Shown: piece by piece, positions 28,247 to 38,180 of the stretch
Numbering within the stretch: position 1 is the stretch's first letter
How the letters are laid out: each line of letters starts with the position of its first letter
Source: Candidatus Eiseniibacteriota bacterium
Lineage (GTDB): Bacteria; Eisenbacteria; RBG-16-71-46; CAZAMP01
Direction of reading: 5' to 3'
DNA: 64,000 bases
Assembly (NCBI GenBank): GCA_965224245.1
Contig: OZ245046.1
Location: 1,088,001-1,152,000 of the forward strand
Notes under the pieces: model-generated
Told to the model about the DNA's origin: nothing
Seen by the model: the letters and a program-made list of their open reading frames with translations, nothing else
Database searches by the model: none
Translations under genes and position numbers: made by a program

Positions 28247-28642
28247 GTGAGGAATCGGATCCACGACGATGAGCGAGCCGCCTCCTGCCTCTACGAGTAT
28301 GTTCGCCGCCACAACGACGCGCTGTCTCGAAAGACGTTCGATCACCTGGCCGAGCTGTTTCACGCCGACGGAGAGCTGTGCTTTCGTGGCCTGAGTCTGG
28401 GACCGTTCGTCGGACCGGAGGACATCACCGGGGCATTCGAGCGTCGGCCGCCCCGGAGCCGGATCGAGATCGGCCCACCGATCACCGTGGGCGACGCGGT
28501 CGAGGCGGAGTTTCGCTCCGCCGGCGCCGTCGGTCCTGCCGAGGGAACGATCCGGCTCGAGCAGGACGGTGGGCGGATCCGGCGGCTGACGATCCACATC
28601 GGCCGGGTCGGCGGCGGCCGCGGCTCGACGGACCGGGATTGA
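28247..28642 (+). CDS. NTF2/SnoaL-like domain protein
   Basis: GAGGGG RBS before GTG 28247; 'Y..RHN.....D.LAELFH.DG.L.F....GPFVG...I..AF' and 'DGGRIRRL' pattern. Confidence 0.65.
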   Translation: MRNRIHDDERAASCLYEYVRRHNDALSRKTFDHLAELFHADGELCFRGLSLGPFVGPEDITGAFERRPPRSRIEIGPPITVGDAVEAEFRSAGAVGPAEGTIRLEQDGGRIRRLTIHIGRVGGGRGSTDRD

Positions 28643-29048
28643 TCACCCCGCGCGTTGCCGACGCGGACTGAAACGCCACGTCATCCGACGAGACTCGCCG
28701 CCCCCGTCGTGTCGCCATGTCGCCAGCCTCGGGTGACGTGCGACACGATCCGGATGGGAGATCACCGGACCGCGACCGGGCTCACGCGGGTATCCACCGC
28801 GTCGAGTAGGCGTAACGCCACCGGCCCCGACGGCGTCGAGCGGCGGCATCCGACATGCAAGTGCACATGCGAGGCGCGTCGGCGAAGCTCGCCGCTCCCC
28901 GAGCGCGGACGCTCGCGCGCGTCGTTCGTCCGCGCGCTCTCGAGACCCCGGATGTTGCTTCCCCGGATACGGCGCATGTCGCATGCGAGGCGTCACTGCC
29001 CTCGGCAGCCCCTGGAAGGTCCTCCTCGCCACGGACGATGGAGACGCG

Positions 29049-30893
29049 ATGACCATGAGAGCAGGCTCGGGCTCGGATCCAGACCGAGCGCAACGGGTCG
29101 GGTTCCCCTCCGCGGCCGTGATCCGGGTCGGCGTGGCCCTCGTGGCGGCCGCGATCCCGCCGGCGCCGGGGGACGGATCGGCGGCGGAGGCGACGCCCGA
29201 CGAGGGCCGGCGTCCGGCCCATCCGCCGCACGGCGCTACTCCAGCGGCGGAGACGCCGGACGCGAACGCGCTGCGCGCGATCCTCGACGCGAGGCTCACC
29301 GCGCACCACCGCCGGTTCGGCATCGCCGTGCGTGAGGCCGGCGTGCGCTCGTGCATCGAGAGTGTCACGGTCTACTGCCCGAGCGAGCTCGTTCCGGACG
29401 TCCGGACGTACTACGAGAGCTACTGGGAATCCGGACCCTGGCCGTACGAGGTCGACGTGGTCGCGGTGGACGAGCTCGGCACGGTCACGGGGGGAGAAGA
29501 TCCGGCTGCGTTCCGCGCAGCGCTCGCGAGCGACATCTCCGAGCGTCACGCGGGCGCCTGCAACTACGTGATGCTGATCGGCGACGCAAACGACCATCCG
29601 GCCTTCGACGCGGAGGGCCAGCTCCACGAAGCGACGTGGGGGGTCGGGGAGTGGGCGGACGTCTGGGCCGAGCAGGTCGCGCGCGGGGCACCTCGCCACG
29701 GGCAGCCCGGAAACGACGTGATCCCCAGCTTCCTCGTGCCCGACACCGACCCCCCTGGCGTCAATCTCGCGGGGGTCGCGCCGTACCTCCACACCGACAA
29801 ACCCTACGTTCCCGGCGGCACCGACATGATCCTCACCCGGCTCCCGGTCGATTCCGCCGTCGAGTTCCTGGCATGGGCGTACAAGGAGATCACCGTCAAC
29901 GATCGCTACCTGGAGCTCGGCAACGACGGTCGGGCCGCGCGGGTGCTGATGGCCGTCGGCGACGTCGACCATCGCGCCGACGGAGAGGGTGCCTGGGTCG
30001 CCGCCATCGCGGACTCGGTGGCCGAGCACCTGTCCGGCGAGTCGCTCGCCCGTCTCGACGAGTCCGCGCTCGAGGGCCCGTGCGATCGCAACGCCGCGCT
30101 GATCGACGAGTGGGGACACCGCCCCGAGCTGTTCCTGATTCCGGCCGCGGTAGCCAGTGACCGATACGCTCCCGGTACGTTCGCCGACGAGCGGGTCGCC
30201 GGCTGCGCGTTCGACGTGTGGCAGCTGGACGAGTACACGTATCCACCCGCAGTCATGCTGGCGGCCGGCGCCGGCGACTTCGCCCGCACCGAGACGCGAG
30301 GGAGCCCCGTGTTCGAGGATCTGCTCGGGGGGGCGTGGCGTCGGGGCTCGCCGTTCGTCATGGCTCCTGTCGCCGGCATCCGGCAGGCGACGACCGCTCG
30401 GATCGCCACCACGTTCGTGGACGAGCTCCTGCGCGGCGATCGCTCCCGGTCTCTGGCCGAGATCGCAACGCGCGCGCTGGAGCGCGTCGTGGCGGAGCAT
30501 GCCGGCGACTCGACGCTCGTCCGCGTCGTGTCCTCGATCGCGCTGTTCGGCAGCCCCCTGACGCGATGGGCGTTTCGGGAGCCCGAGCTGTCGGCCGGCG
30601 CCGGAGATCGCGCGTCTCCGGTGCCGCCCGACGTCACCGTGCCGAACCCGTTCGCGACCGGTTCCGCCGTACACCTGCGTCTTCCGGACGCGGGCCACGT
30701 CGAGCTGGTCGTGTACGACGTCATGGGGCGCCGCGTGCGAACACTCGCACGGGGCCAGAGCCCGGCCGGACATCGGCGGATACGATGGGATGCCCGGGAC
30801 GACGACGGTCGCGCCCTGAGGGCGGGTGCCTACTACGTGCGGCTCACGACGCGGGGCCGTCCGGTCACCGTGTCGGTGGTCGTCGTCCCGTGA
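29049..30893 (+). CDS. Gingipain/peptidase C25-like protein (apparently lacking the catalytic dyad) with FlgD-Ig C-terminal domain
   Basis: 'YVMLIGDA', 'TDKPY', 'TRLPVD..E...AYK', 'LFGSP' resemble C25; 'PNPF...VYDVMGRRVRTL...WDARDD' tail; start uncertain. Confidence 0.6.
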   Translation: MTMRAGSGSDPDRAQRVGFPSAAVIRVGVALVAAAIPPAPGDGSAAEATPDEGRRPAHPPHGATPAAETPDANALRAILDARLTAHHRRFGIAVREAGVRSCIESVTVYCPSELVPDVRTYYESYWESGPWPYEVDVVAVDELGTVTGGEDPAAFRAALASDISERHAGACNYVMLIGDANDHPAFDAEGQLHEATWGVGEWADVWAEQVARGAPRHGQPGNDVIPSFLVPDTDPPGVNLAGVAPYLHTDKPYVPGGTDMILTRLPVDSAVEFLAWAYKEITVNDRYLELGNDGRAARVLMAVGDVDHRADGEGAWVAAIADSVAEHLSGESLARLDESALEGPCDRNAALIDEWGHRPELFLIPAAVASDRYAPGTFADERVAGCAFDVWQLDEYTYPPAVMLAAGAGDFARTETRGSPVFEDLLGGAWRRGSPFVMAPVAGIRQATTARIATTFVDELLRGDRSRSLAEIATRALERVVAEHAGDSTLVRVVSSIALFGSPLTRWAFREPELSAGAGDRASPVPPDVTVPNPFATGSAVHLRLPDAGHVELVVYDVMGRRVRTLARGQSPAGHRRIRWDARDDDGRALRAGAYYVRLTTRGRPVTVSVVVVP

Positions 30894-30899
30894 CGCGGT

Positions 30900-31517
30900 C
30901 TACCAGATCGACCGGAGATGTCCCCAGCTCGTGTCCTCCGATGGCGTCTCGACGTCCAGCGTGAGCGTCACGTCGTCATGAAACGCATCGGTGGATGCGC
31001 CGACAGGTCGCGTGCCCCGGAGTCTGATCCGGATCGTGCGCGTGCCCGTCGGCACCACGCGCTCGTCAGAGACCCGGTTCCATTCGTTGATCGGCGTGAT
31101 GTCGCCGCTCGAGTACGTTTCGAGCGCGACGTCCGACGCATCACGAAACTCGACCACCACGCTGGCGAAGTCGTTGGTCCCCGCTTCGCCGTTGGAGCGG
31201 CCGTACGCCGAGAAGCTCGACGTGACCCGGCCGGCGTCGATCTGGGTGTCGAGCGTGGAGACGTCCACGTCCTGATGGATCTCGTTGACCCAGGGTCCGG
31301 CGTCACCGGTGATGCCGCCGTGAAACGAATAGGTCCCGGCGTACACCGCCGCCGCATCCCCGGTGACCGCGTAGCCGTTGCCATCGGAGTCGGTCCATCC
31401 GCTGAGGTCTCCGGTCTCGGCATCGCCGTTCACGACGAGGTTGTCGCCGGCATGCGCGGCTCCAGCCAGGAGCCAGACGGCGAGTAGGGCGATGCTCGGG
31501 TGCAAGGCGGCGCTCAT
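30900..31517 (-). CDS. Secreted galactose-binding-like (CBM/FBA-like) protein with C-terminal 'TSWGHLRSIW' tail
   Basis: GGAGG RBS; signal peptide; 'NLVVNGDAETGDLSGW', 'VPTGTRTIRIRL', 'DAFHDDVTL'. Confidence 0.72.
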   Translation of the reverse strand: MSAALHPSIALLAVWLLAGAAHAGDNLVVNGDAETGDLSGWTDSDGNGYAVTGDAAAVYAGTYSFHGGITGDAGPWVNEIHQDVDVSTLDTQIDAGRVTSSFSAYGRSNGEAGTNDFASVVVEFRDASDVALETYSSGDITPINEWNRVSDERVVPTGTRTIRIRLRGTRPVGASTDAFHDDVTLTLDVETPSEDTSWGHLRSIW

Positions 31518-31876
31518 CGGTCAGCCTCCCGTGTCGGCGGATCAATCGGACGGGATCCCGCTGCGTTCGATCGGCTCGCGGGCAATACGAACAGAGACTC
31601 CAGTCTATCGCATCGGTGAGTTCGGATGACGCGTCCGCCGGTCGTTCCGGCGACCCGGCTGCACGCCGTGGCCGATACCGACCGGCGCGCCGTTTCGCGC
31701 GGCGGTTCGTCCGGATCATCGTGAGCCCCGACCCTCGTGTGCTCGGCCTGGACGCCGGCGCTTGCCGTTGCGGTGGGGGACACGGTTCGGGCATGCTGAG
31801 CGTACCGGCCGATCGAGCCGCGGCCGCCGGGGCGCCGGCCGGCCCGAGCATGCGTTCACGAGAGCAGGGGAACGAG

Positions 31877-32575
31877 ATGCGGGACGTCGACTTCATCTTC
31901 GTCGCCAGCAACGCGCAGCGGCGAGTGGCCTCCACGGGGCTCAGCGCGTGGACCGTCACCGAGGGAATCCGCCTCAACGACTACTCCCAGGCGCGTCGTC
32001 CCGGGATGAGCCTTCGAGGCGGCTCGATCACGGCGCGAATCCGCGGGAGCAAGGCCACCGGTTCGGCGTCGGCCTACCCGACACCGCCCGAGATACTCGC
32101 GGCGCTCGCGGGCTGTGGCGACATCCATGTCCACTTCGAGGGCGGCAACCGCAGCTCGCTCTACCTCTCGTGGAAAGAGTACGAGGAGCAAGACTCGTAT
32201 CTCGGCTCCTACGCGAAGAAGGCGATCGGCTTTCTCGGCGACTTCACCGGTGCGGCATTCGAGGGACACGGCGTGAAGGGCCCCAGGGGCGCCGAACGCG
32301 AGATGCGCGTGCTGAGCCCGGCGTCGGCGGTGGGAAACCTCGTCGGCTACTTCGTCGGAACCAAGGCACCCGTCCAGTTCGTGATCGGCAACCAGAGCCT
32401 GGCCGGCGGGGGCTTCGGGGAGATCAAGAAGCAGCGCACGAGGATCTCGTTTCAGCAGATCGCCGGCATTCTGGCGGGTACGGACTTCACGCAGGAGCGC
32501 TCGCACGACGACCTCGACGTTCCCGGGCTCGCCGACGTCGGATCGGACGTCGTGGGCAAGCTCTTCGGGGGATGA
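31877..32575 (+). CDS. Hypothetical protein
   Basis: AGGGG RBS before ATG 31877; codon usage typical of coding sequence; no recognisable motif. Confidence 0.6.
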   Translation: MRDVDFIFVASNAQRRVASTGLSAWTVTEGIRLNDYSQARRPGMSLRGGSITARIRGSKATGSASAYPTPPEILAALAGCGDIHVHFEGGNRSSLYLSWKEYEEQDSYLGSYAKKAIGFLGDFTGAAFEGHGVKGPRGAEREMRVLSPASAVGNLVGYFVGTKAPVQFVIGNQSLAGGGFGEIKKQRTRISFQQIAGILAGTDFTQERSHDDLDVPGLADVGSDVVGKLFGG

Positions 32576-32811
32576 CGCCGAGGCCGCTTCGGAGGACGAT
32601 CCGCCGCACGGCCTGGCGGGTACCGGCGTCCAGCCTGCGGAAGTAGACACCGCTGGCGAGTACGCGGCCCCTGACCTCTGTCAGATGGGCGGCTCTTCGG
32701 GCTCCTGTTCCATTCGAGGCCGTCGCGAGGCGTGCTCACATGATTCGATCGCCGATTGGCCCACTCGTCGGTTTACAATCGACGTTCGTTCGACACCGAC
32801 GAGGAGGGCCC

Positions 32812-34482
32812 ATGCTCGCACGATGCCTGCTGTTCTCGACCCTCGCTACGGCGACCGCCACGGCGGCGCCGGTCCTTCCCGACGGGTTCGAACGGACGCC
32901 GGCCTACGGCGGCGCGACGTTCTCCGAGCCGGTGGGCATCGCATTCACGCCTGACGGCCGCCACCTGATCGTCGAGCGGGACGGGATCGTCCGCGTCGCG
33001 CTGCCCGACGGGACCCTCCTGCCGACGCCGTTCATCGACCTGTCGGCCGAGGTCTGCGGCGTTCGCGATCTGGGTCTCCTGGGCCTCGCGCTGAGTCCCG
33101 ACTACGAGATCGATCCGTGGGTGTACCTGCTCTACACCGTCGATCCCGAGGGTGGCGGAGAAGATCAGTACCATCATCATTTCTCGCGCCTGACGCGCTA
33201 CCGGCCGTCGGTCGCGAACCCCGACGTCGCCGACATGTGGACGCGCGAGGTCCTGATCGGGTCGACGTGGGGGGACGGCATCCCCTCGCCTCACGAGTCG
33301 CACTCGGTGGGCACGGTCCTGTTCGCGGAGGACGGCTCGCTGATCCTGAGCAGCGGGGAGGGGGCGCACTACGAGTTCGTGGACGCCGGCGGGTTCGATG
33401 CCGAGACGTTTCTGCCCGGGCGCAGCGATCCGATCGAGGACATCGGCGCCTATCGGGCGCGGTCGCTGAACTCGATGGCGGGGAAGATCCTCCGCGTGGA
33501 CCCCGAGACGGGGCTCGGGCTGCCGAGCAACCCGTTCTGGGACGGTGACGGCGACAGCCATGCGTCGCGCATCTGGGCGTACGGTCTCCGGAATCCGTAT
33601 CGTTTCACGCTTCGGCCCGGAACCGGCGCCTCGTCCGCCGGCGACGGCGACCCGGGCACCCTGTACGTCGGTGACGTGGGATGGGACACCTTCGAGGAGC
33701 TGAACATCGTCGAGGTCGGCGGCGTCAACCTGGGGTGGCCCTGCTACGAGGGGATCGAGCCGACCGCCTACGTGGACGTCACCGAGACGTTCACCGGCAA
33801 CGAGAACGTCCTCTGCGACGCGCCGAGCAACCCCGAGAATCCCAGTCCGCCGAGCCCGCCGGCCTACTGGTGGAGCCACGGCGACGGGGCGCTCTCGAAT
33901 CCCGCGGGATGGAGGGGCTGGTCGTCCACCGGCGGCGTGTTCTACACCGGGGGAACGTTTCCGCCGTTCTATCACGGGCTGTACCTGCAGGCCGACTACG
34001 TCGCCCAGTGGATCCGCGCCATCGAGCTGGATGCCGACGACGACATCGTGGGCTGGTCGGAGTTCGGCTCCGGCCTCGGAGGAATCGTGGGGCTGTACGT
34101 GGAGCCCGCCAGCGGGGACCTGATGGTCGTCGACTGGTTCGACTCACGTGTGCACCGGATCGCCTTCGACGGACCGATCGGCGTGGGATCGCCCGGCGAG
34201 GCCGAGGTCACGACGTTCGCGGCCGAGCGGAACCCGTTCCGGGCCACGACGACGCTGTCGTTCACGCTCACGTCGCCGGCGTCGGTGGGGATCCGGGTCT
34301 ACGACGTCGCCGGGCGCGAGGTGCGTCGTCTCGTCGACGCCGAGTATCCCCCGGGCCGTCATCACGTCGTCTGGGACGGCACCGACGACTCCGGCCTCCG
34401 TGTGGCGGCCGGCGCCTACGCGGCGCGTCTCACCCAGGGGCGCACGTCCCGCGTGGTGCGGCTGGTCCGCCGAGGATCCTGA
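32812..34482 (+). CDS. PQQ-dependent glucose/sorbosone dehydrogenase (GSDH) family protein with FlgD-Ig C-terminal domain
   Basis: GAGGAGG RBS; signal peptide; 'GLLGLALSPDY', 'GKILRVDP', 'AYGLRNPYRF', 'GDVGWDTFEELN..G.N.GWPCYEG'. Confidence 0.9.
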   Translation: MLARCLLFSTLATATATAAPVLPDGFERTPAYGGATFSEPVGIAFTPDGRHLIVERDGIVRVALPDGTLLPTPFIDLSAEVCGVRDLGLLGLALSPDYEIDPWVYLLYTVDPEGGGEDQYHHHFSRLTRYRPSVANPDVADMWTREVLIGSTWGDGIPSPHESHSVGTVLFAEDGSLILSSGEGAHYEFVDAGGFDAETFLPGRSDPIEDIGAYRARSLNSMAGKILRVDPETGLGLPSNPFWDGDGDSHASRIWAYGLRNPYRFTLRPGTGASSAGDGDPGTLYVGDVGWDTFEELNIVEVGGVNLGWPCYEGIEPTAYVDVTETFTGNENVLCDAPSNPENPSPPSPPAYWWSHGDGALSNPAGWRGWSSTGGVFYTGGTFPPFYHGLYLQADYVAQWIRAIELDADDDIVGWSEFGSGLGGIVGLYVEPASGDLMVVDWFDSRVHRIAFDGPIGVGSPGEAEVTTFAAERNPFRATTTLSFTLTSPASVGIRVYDVAGREVRRLVDAEYPPGRHHVVWDGTDDSGLRVAAGAYAARLTQGRTSRVVRLVRRGS

Positions 34483-34696
34483 CGATCGGCGTGACGATCT
34501 CGCATCCGGGGCCGGCCGTCACGGAGCGATCGCCGGCGCGTCCGGCGACGCCGCCGGCGGGGCGCCGGGTGACGCGCACGTCCGGCGATTGACCCGATCC
34601 GGAGCGGTCGCTACCCTGGGTCCGGGCCGAGCGATCCGAGCCTTCCGCTCGTCACGCCGTCGTCCGCTCCCTCGCATGCCGCGGAGCCCGCCCTCG

Positions 34697-37600
34697 ATGC
34701 TGCTCCTCGAGAAAGCCCAGGTGTTCTTCGCGCCCACCTCGCGGCGGCGCGGGCACGAGTACGCGCGCCAGGGACGGGTGGCGATCACCGAGACCAGCGA
34801 GAACGTCGCCGGCGGCGTCGTGCGGGGAACGGCCGAGTACCGCGTGACGGTGGCCTTCGACGGTCGCGCGCTCCGCGTGCGTTGCACGTGTCGGCACGCC
34901 CGGGCGTTTCGGGACCCGTGCGCGCACATCTGGGCGATGCTCTTGATCGGGGCGCAGAGGGGGATCTTCCCGGAGCTCGCGCACGAGGACGATCTGGACG
35001 CCGGCTGGGCGGCGAGCGACGCCTGGACGGACGACCTCCCCGACTTCCACGATCGCGTGATCCTGACCGACGATCGCGCTCCGGAGGCCCCGCGCCGGCG
35101 CATGCACTGGCGCGCGCTCGTCTCGTCGGCCACCGCCGGATCGTCCCCGTCGGAGCTCGCGCGCGACACCGCCCGCGGAGAGGGCGAGATCCTGTACGTC
35201 GTCGATGCCGCCGGCAGCGCGAGCCGACGCGCGCTCGTGGTGCAGGTCATGCGCCGAAAGCGGGTCGCGAGCGGAGCGTGGGGACGGCCCCGCAGCGTGC
35301 GTATCCGCGCGGGGGACGTCGAGGCGCTCGGGGATGCGGACGATCGCCGCGTACTTGCGGCTCTGGTCGGAGCCCGCCAGGACGACCTGTGGTCGACCCA
35401 GGACACGCGCGGCGACCGCGTGCCGAGCAAGTTCGAGCTCACCGGGGCGCTCTCGGCGTCGCTGGTGCCGATCATGTGTGCGTCGGGACGATGCCGGCTC
35501 CGGCGGCAGCGATCCGATCGCGACCCCGTGCCGCTGACGTGGGATGCCGGCGGCGTCTGGGAGCTGTGGCTCGACGTGACCCGCCTGACCACGGGCACGC
35601 CCGGTCACGGCCGAGCCCGCGTCGAGCACCGTGCCTACGTCGTGGACGCATCCATCCGGCGGGGCGAGGACCGGCTCCACCTCGACGTTCCCGATCTGAT
35701 CGTCGAGGGGCTCGTCGTGATCGATGGACGCGCCGCCGCGCTGGGCGACGGCGGTGCGGTCGCGTGGGCCCACGTGCTCCGGCGCGAGGGCCCCATCGAG
35801 GTTCAGGGGTCCGAGGCAGAGAGCTTCGTCTCCGCGATCCTCGCCGCGCCGAGCCGGCCTCGACTCGACCTCCCCGAGGAGCTTCGCGTCGACGAGGTCC
35901 GGGTCACGCCCCGGCCCCGACTGACCATCGGATCGACCCGCGGGCGCGCGCGGACCGACTGGCTGACGGCGGACCTCGCGTTCGACTACGACGGCGTCAT
36001 CGTCGCGTACGGCTCGAGCGATGCGGACGTCGTGGACATGGCGGCGCGGCGTGTCGTGGTCCGCGACGCCGACGCCGAGCGCCGTGCCGTCCGGCGGCTC
36101 CACGATCTGCCGCTGGGCCGGGCTCGCCGGACCGGGCTCTCGGGCACGGTCCACGGCTTCAAGCTGCGAGCCCGCGATCTGTCCGAGATCGTGCGGGCGC
36201 TCGTGCCCGAGGACTGGCGCGTCGAGGCATCGGGCCGGCGGGTCCGGTCCGGCGGCGCGATGTCGCTCGGCATCTCGTCCGGGATCGACTGGTTCGAGCT
36301 GCGCGGTGAGGTGCGGTTCGGCGAGCAGTCGGCAACGCTTCCCGAGCTGCTCGCGGCCATCCAGCGCGGCGAGCACACGGTCACCCTCGGAGACGGGAGC
36401 GTGGGGCTCCTGCCCGAGCAGTGGCTGCGTCGCCACGCGGTGCTCGCCGACCTGGGCACGCTGGACGGGGACCACGTGCGGTTTCGCCAGTCGCAGGCCG
36501 CGCTCCTGGACGCCCTCCTGGCCGCGCAGCCGGACACCACGTTCGACGAGGGGTTCGACCGGGCGAGACGCGCGCTGGCGGGGTTCGCGGGCGTTCGTGC
36601 CGCCGATGCACCCGCCGGCTTCGTGGGAACGTTGCGCGACTACCAGCGCGAGGGTCTGGGATGGATGGGCTTTCTGGCGGACTTCGGCCTCGGCGGCTGT
36701 CTCGCCGACGACATGGGGCTCGGCAAGACGGTCCAGGTGCTCGCACTGCTCGAATCCCGGCGCCGTCGCGGTCCCGGGGTCGCGCGGAAGCCGTCGCTCG
36801 TGGTCGTTCCGCGTTCGTTGATGTTCAACTGGAAGGACGAGGCCGCGCACTTCACGCCCCAGCTCACGATCCTCGATCACACCGGCACCGATCGTACGCG
36901 GACGATGGAGCGTCTCGCCGATTACGACGTCGTCCTCACCACCTACGGCACCCTCCGGCGCGACGCGGCCCGCCTGATGCGGGTCGAGTTCGACTACGTC
37001 GTTCTCGACGAGGCCCAGGCCATCAAGAACGCGAGCACGGCGTCGGCCAAGGCGGTGCGCCTGCTCCAGGGCGATCATCGTCTGGCGCTCTCGGGAACCC
37101 CCATCGAGAACCACCTCGGGGAGATCTGGAGCCTCTTCGAGTTCCTGAACCCCGGCATCCTCGGCTCGGCGGCGGCGTTTCGCGCCCTGGAGAGCCGCGG
37201 CACGCTGGACGGCGACGCCCGCGAGGTGATCGCGCGCGCCCTCCGCCCGCTCATCCTCAGGCGCACGAAGGCGCAGGTGGCCACCGAGCTCCCCGACAAG
37301 ATCGAGCAGTCGCTCTACTGCGAGCTGCCTCCGAAGCAGCGCAAGCTCTACGACGAGCTCCGCGATCACTATCGTGCGGCGCTCGACGACCGCATCGCCG
37401 CGGCGGGGCTGGGGCGCTCCAAGATCCTGGTCCTGGAGGCGCTGCTTCGTCTCCGGCAGGCGGCCTGTCATCCGGGGCTCGTGGACGGGACGAAGGTCGA
37501 GATGCCCAGCGCCAAGGTCGACCTCCTCCTGGATCAGCTGACGTCGGTGGTGGACGAGGGGCACAAGGCGCTGGTCTTCTCCCAGTTCACGAGCCTCCTG

Positions 37601-38014
37601 GCCATCGTGCGAAAGCGTCTGGACCCGACCGGGATCGCGTATGCGTACCTCGACGGCCGGACCCGGGCCCGCCAGGCCGAGGTGGATCGCTTCCAGACCG
37701 ACCCCGACTGCAAGCTGTTTCTGATCAGCCTCAAGGCGGGAGGGCTCGGTCTCAACCTGACCGCCGCGGAGTACGTGTATCTGCTGGATCCGTGGTGGAA
37801 CCCGGCGGTCGAGGCCCAGGCCATCGATCGCACGCACCGGATCGGGCAGACCCGCCACGTGTTCGCCTACCGCCTGGTGGCCAAGGACACGGTCGAGGAG
37901 AAGATCCTCGAGCTGCAAACCACCAAGCGCGAGCTCGCCGACTCGATCATCCGGGCCGACAACGCGCTCGTGCGCGATCTGGGTCGGGACGATCTCGAGC
38001 TGCTCCTGTCCTGA
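34697..38014 (+). CDS. SWIM zinc-finger SNF2-family helicase/ATPase
   Basis: SWIM 'CTC...CAH'; 'LADDMGLGKT', 'DEAQ', 'LSGTPIEN', 'ILRRTK', 'FSQF', 'SLKAGGLGLNL', 'QAIDRTHRIGQ'. Start 34697 or 34676. Confidence 0.95.
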   Translation: MLLLEKAQVFFAPTSRRRGHEYARQGRVAITETSENVAGGVVRGTAEYRVTVAFDGRALRVRCTCRHARAFRDPCAHIWAMLLIGAQRGIFPELAHEDDLDAGWAASDAWTDDLPDFHDRVILTDDRAPEAPRRRMHWRALVSSATAGSSPSELARDTARGEGEILYVVDAAGSASRRALVVQVMRRKRVASGAWGRPRSVRIRAGDVEALGDADDRRVLAALVGARQDDLWSTQDTRGDRVPSKFELTGALSASLVPIMCASGRCRLRRQRSDRDPVPLTWDAGGVWELWLDVTRLTTGTPGHGRARVEHRAYVVDASIRRGEDRLHLDVPDLIVEGLVVIDGRAAALGDGGAVAWAHVLRREGPIEVQGSEAESFVSAILAAPSRPRLDLPEELRVDEVRVTPRPRLTIGSTRGRARTDWLTADLAFDYDGVIVAYGSSDADVVDMAARRVVVRDADAERRAVRRLHDLPLGRARRTGLSGTVHGFKLRARDLSEIVRALVPEDWRVEASGRRVRSGGAMSLGISSGIDWFELRGEVRFGEQSATLPELLAAIQRGEHTVTLGDGSVGLLPEQWLRRHAVLADLGTLDGDHVRFRQSQAALLDALLAAQPDTTFDEGFDRARRALAGFAGVRAADAPAGFVGTLRDYQREGLGWMGFLADFGLGGCLADDMGLGKTVQVLALLESRRRRGPGVARKPSLVVVPRSLMFNWKDEAAHFTPQLTILDHTGTDRTRTMERLADYDVVLTTYGTLRRDAARLMRVEFDYVVLDEAQAIKNASTASAKAVRLLQGDHRLALSGTPIENHLGEIWSLFEFLNPGILGSAAAFRALESRGTLDGDAREVIARALRPLILRRTKAQVATELPDKIEQSLYCELPPKQRKLYDELRDHYRAALDDRIAAAGLGRSKILVLEALLRLRQAACHPGLVDGTKVEMPSAKVDLLLDQLTSVVDEGHKALVFSQFTSLLAIVRKRLDPTGIAYAYLDGRTRARQAEVDRFQTDPDCKLFLISLKAGGLGLNLTAAEYVYLLDPWWNPAVEAQAIDRTHRIGQTRHVFAYRLVAKDTVEEKILELQTTKRELADSIIRADNALVRDLGRDDLELLLS

Positions 38015-38021
38015 GCCACCT

Positions 38022-38060
38022 GTGATGGGACGCATCACGCGTGATGCGACTGCATCACGC
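38022..38060. repeat. Tandem pair of GTGATG/CATCAC inverted repeats
   Basis: GTGATG-N5-CATCAC-GC-GTGATG-N6-CATCAC-GC; contains the perfect 18-bp palindrome CGCATCACGCGTGATGCG (38031-38048). Confidence 0.6.
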
Positions 38061-38180
38061 CTGCACATGTACGTCGGGAACATGGCGGGGCCTTGACGCA
38101 GATGGCTCTCATGCCGGACCGTGGTGTATGGCCCGGCCGCTCTCGCGCGACCGGAGCCGGCCCCAACCGGGAGGATCGCC

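Noticed and set aside
34697-38014. SNF2 helicase as part of an anti-phage defence system
   Set aside because: Standard standalone SWIM-SNF2 architecture with no adjacent methylase, nuclease or other defence genes.
38022-38040. TGTGA...TCAC as a CRP/FNR box
   Set aside because: Half-site spacing is 9 bp rather than the required 6 bp.
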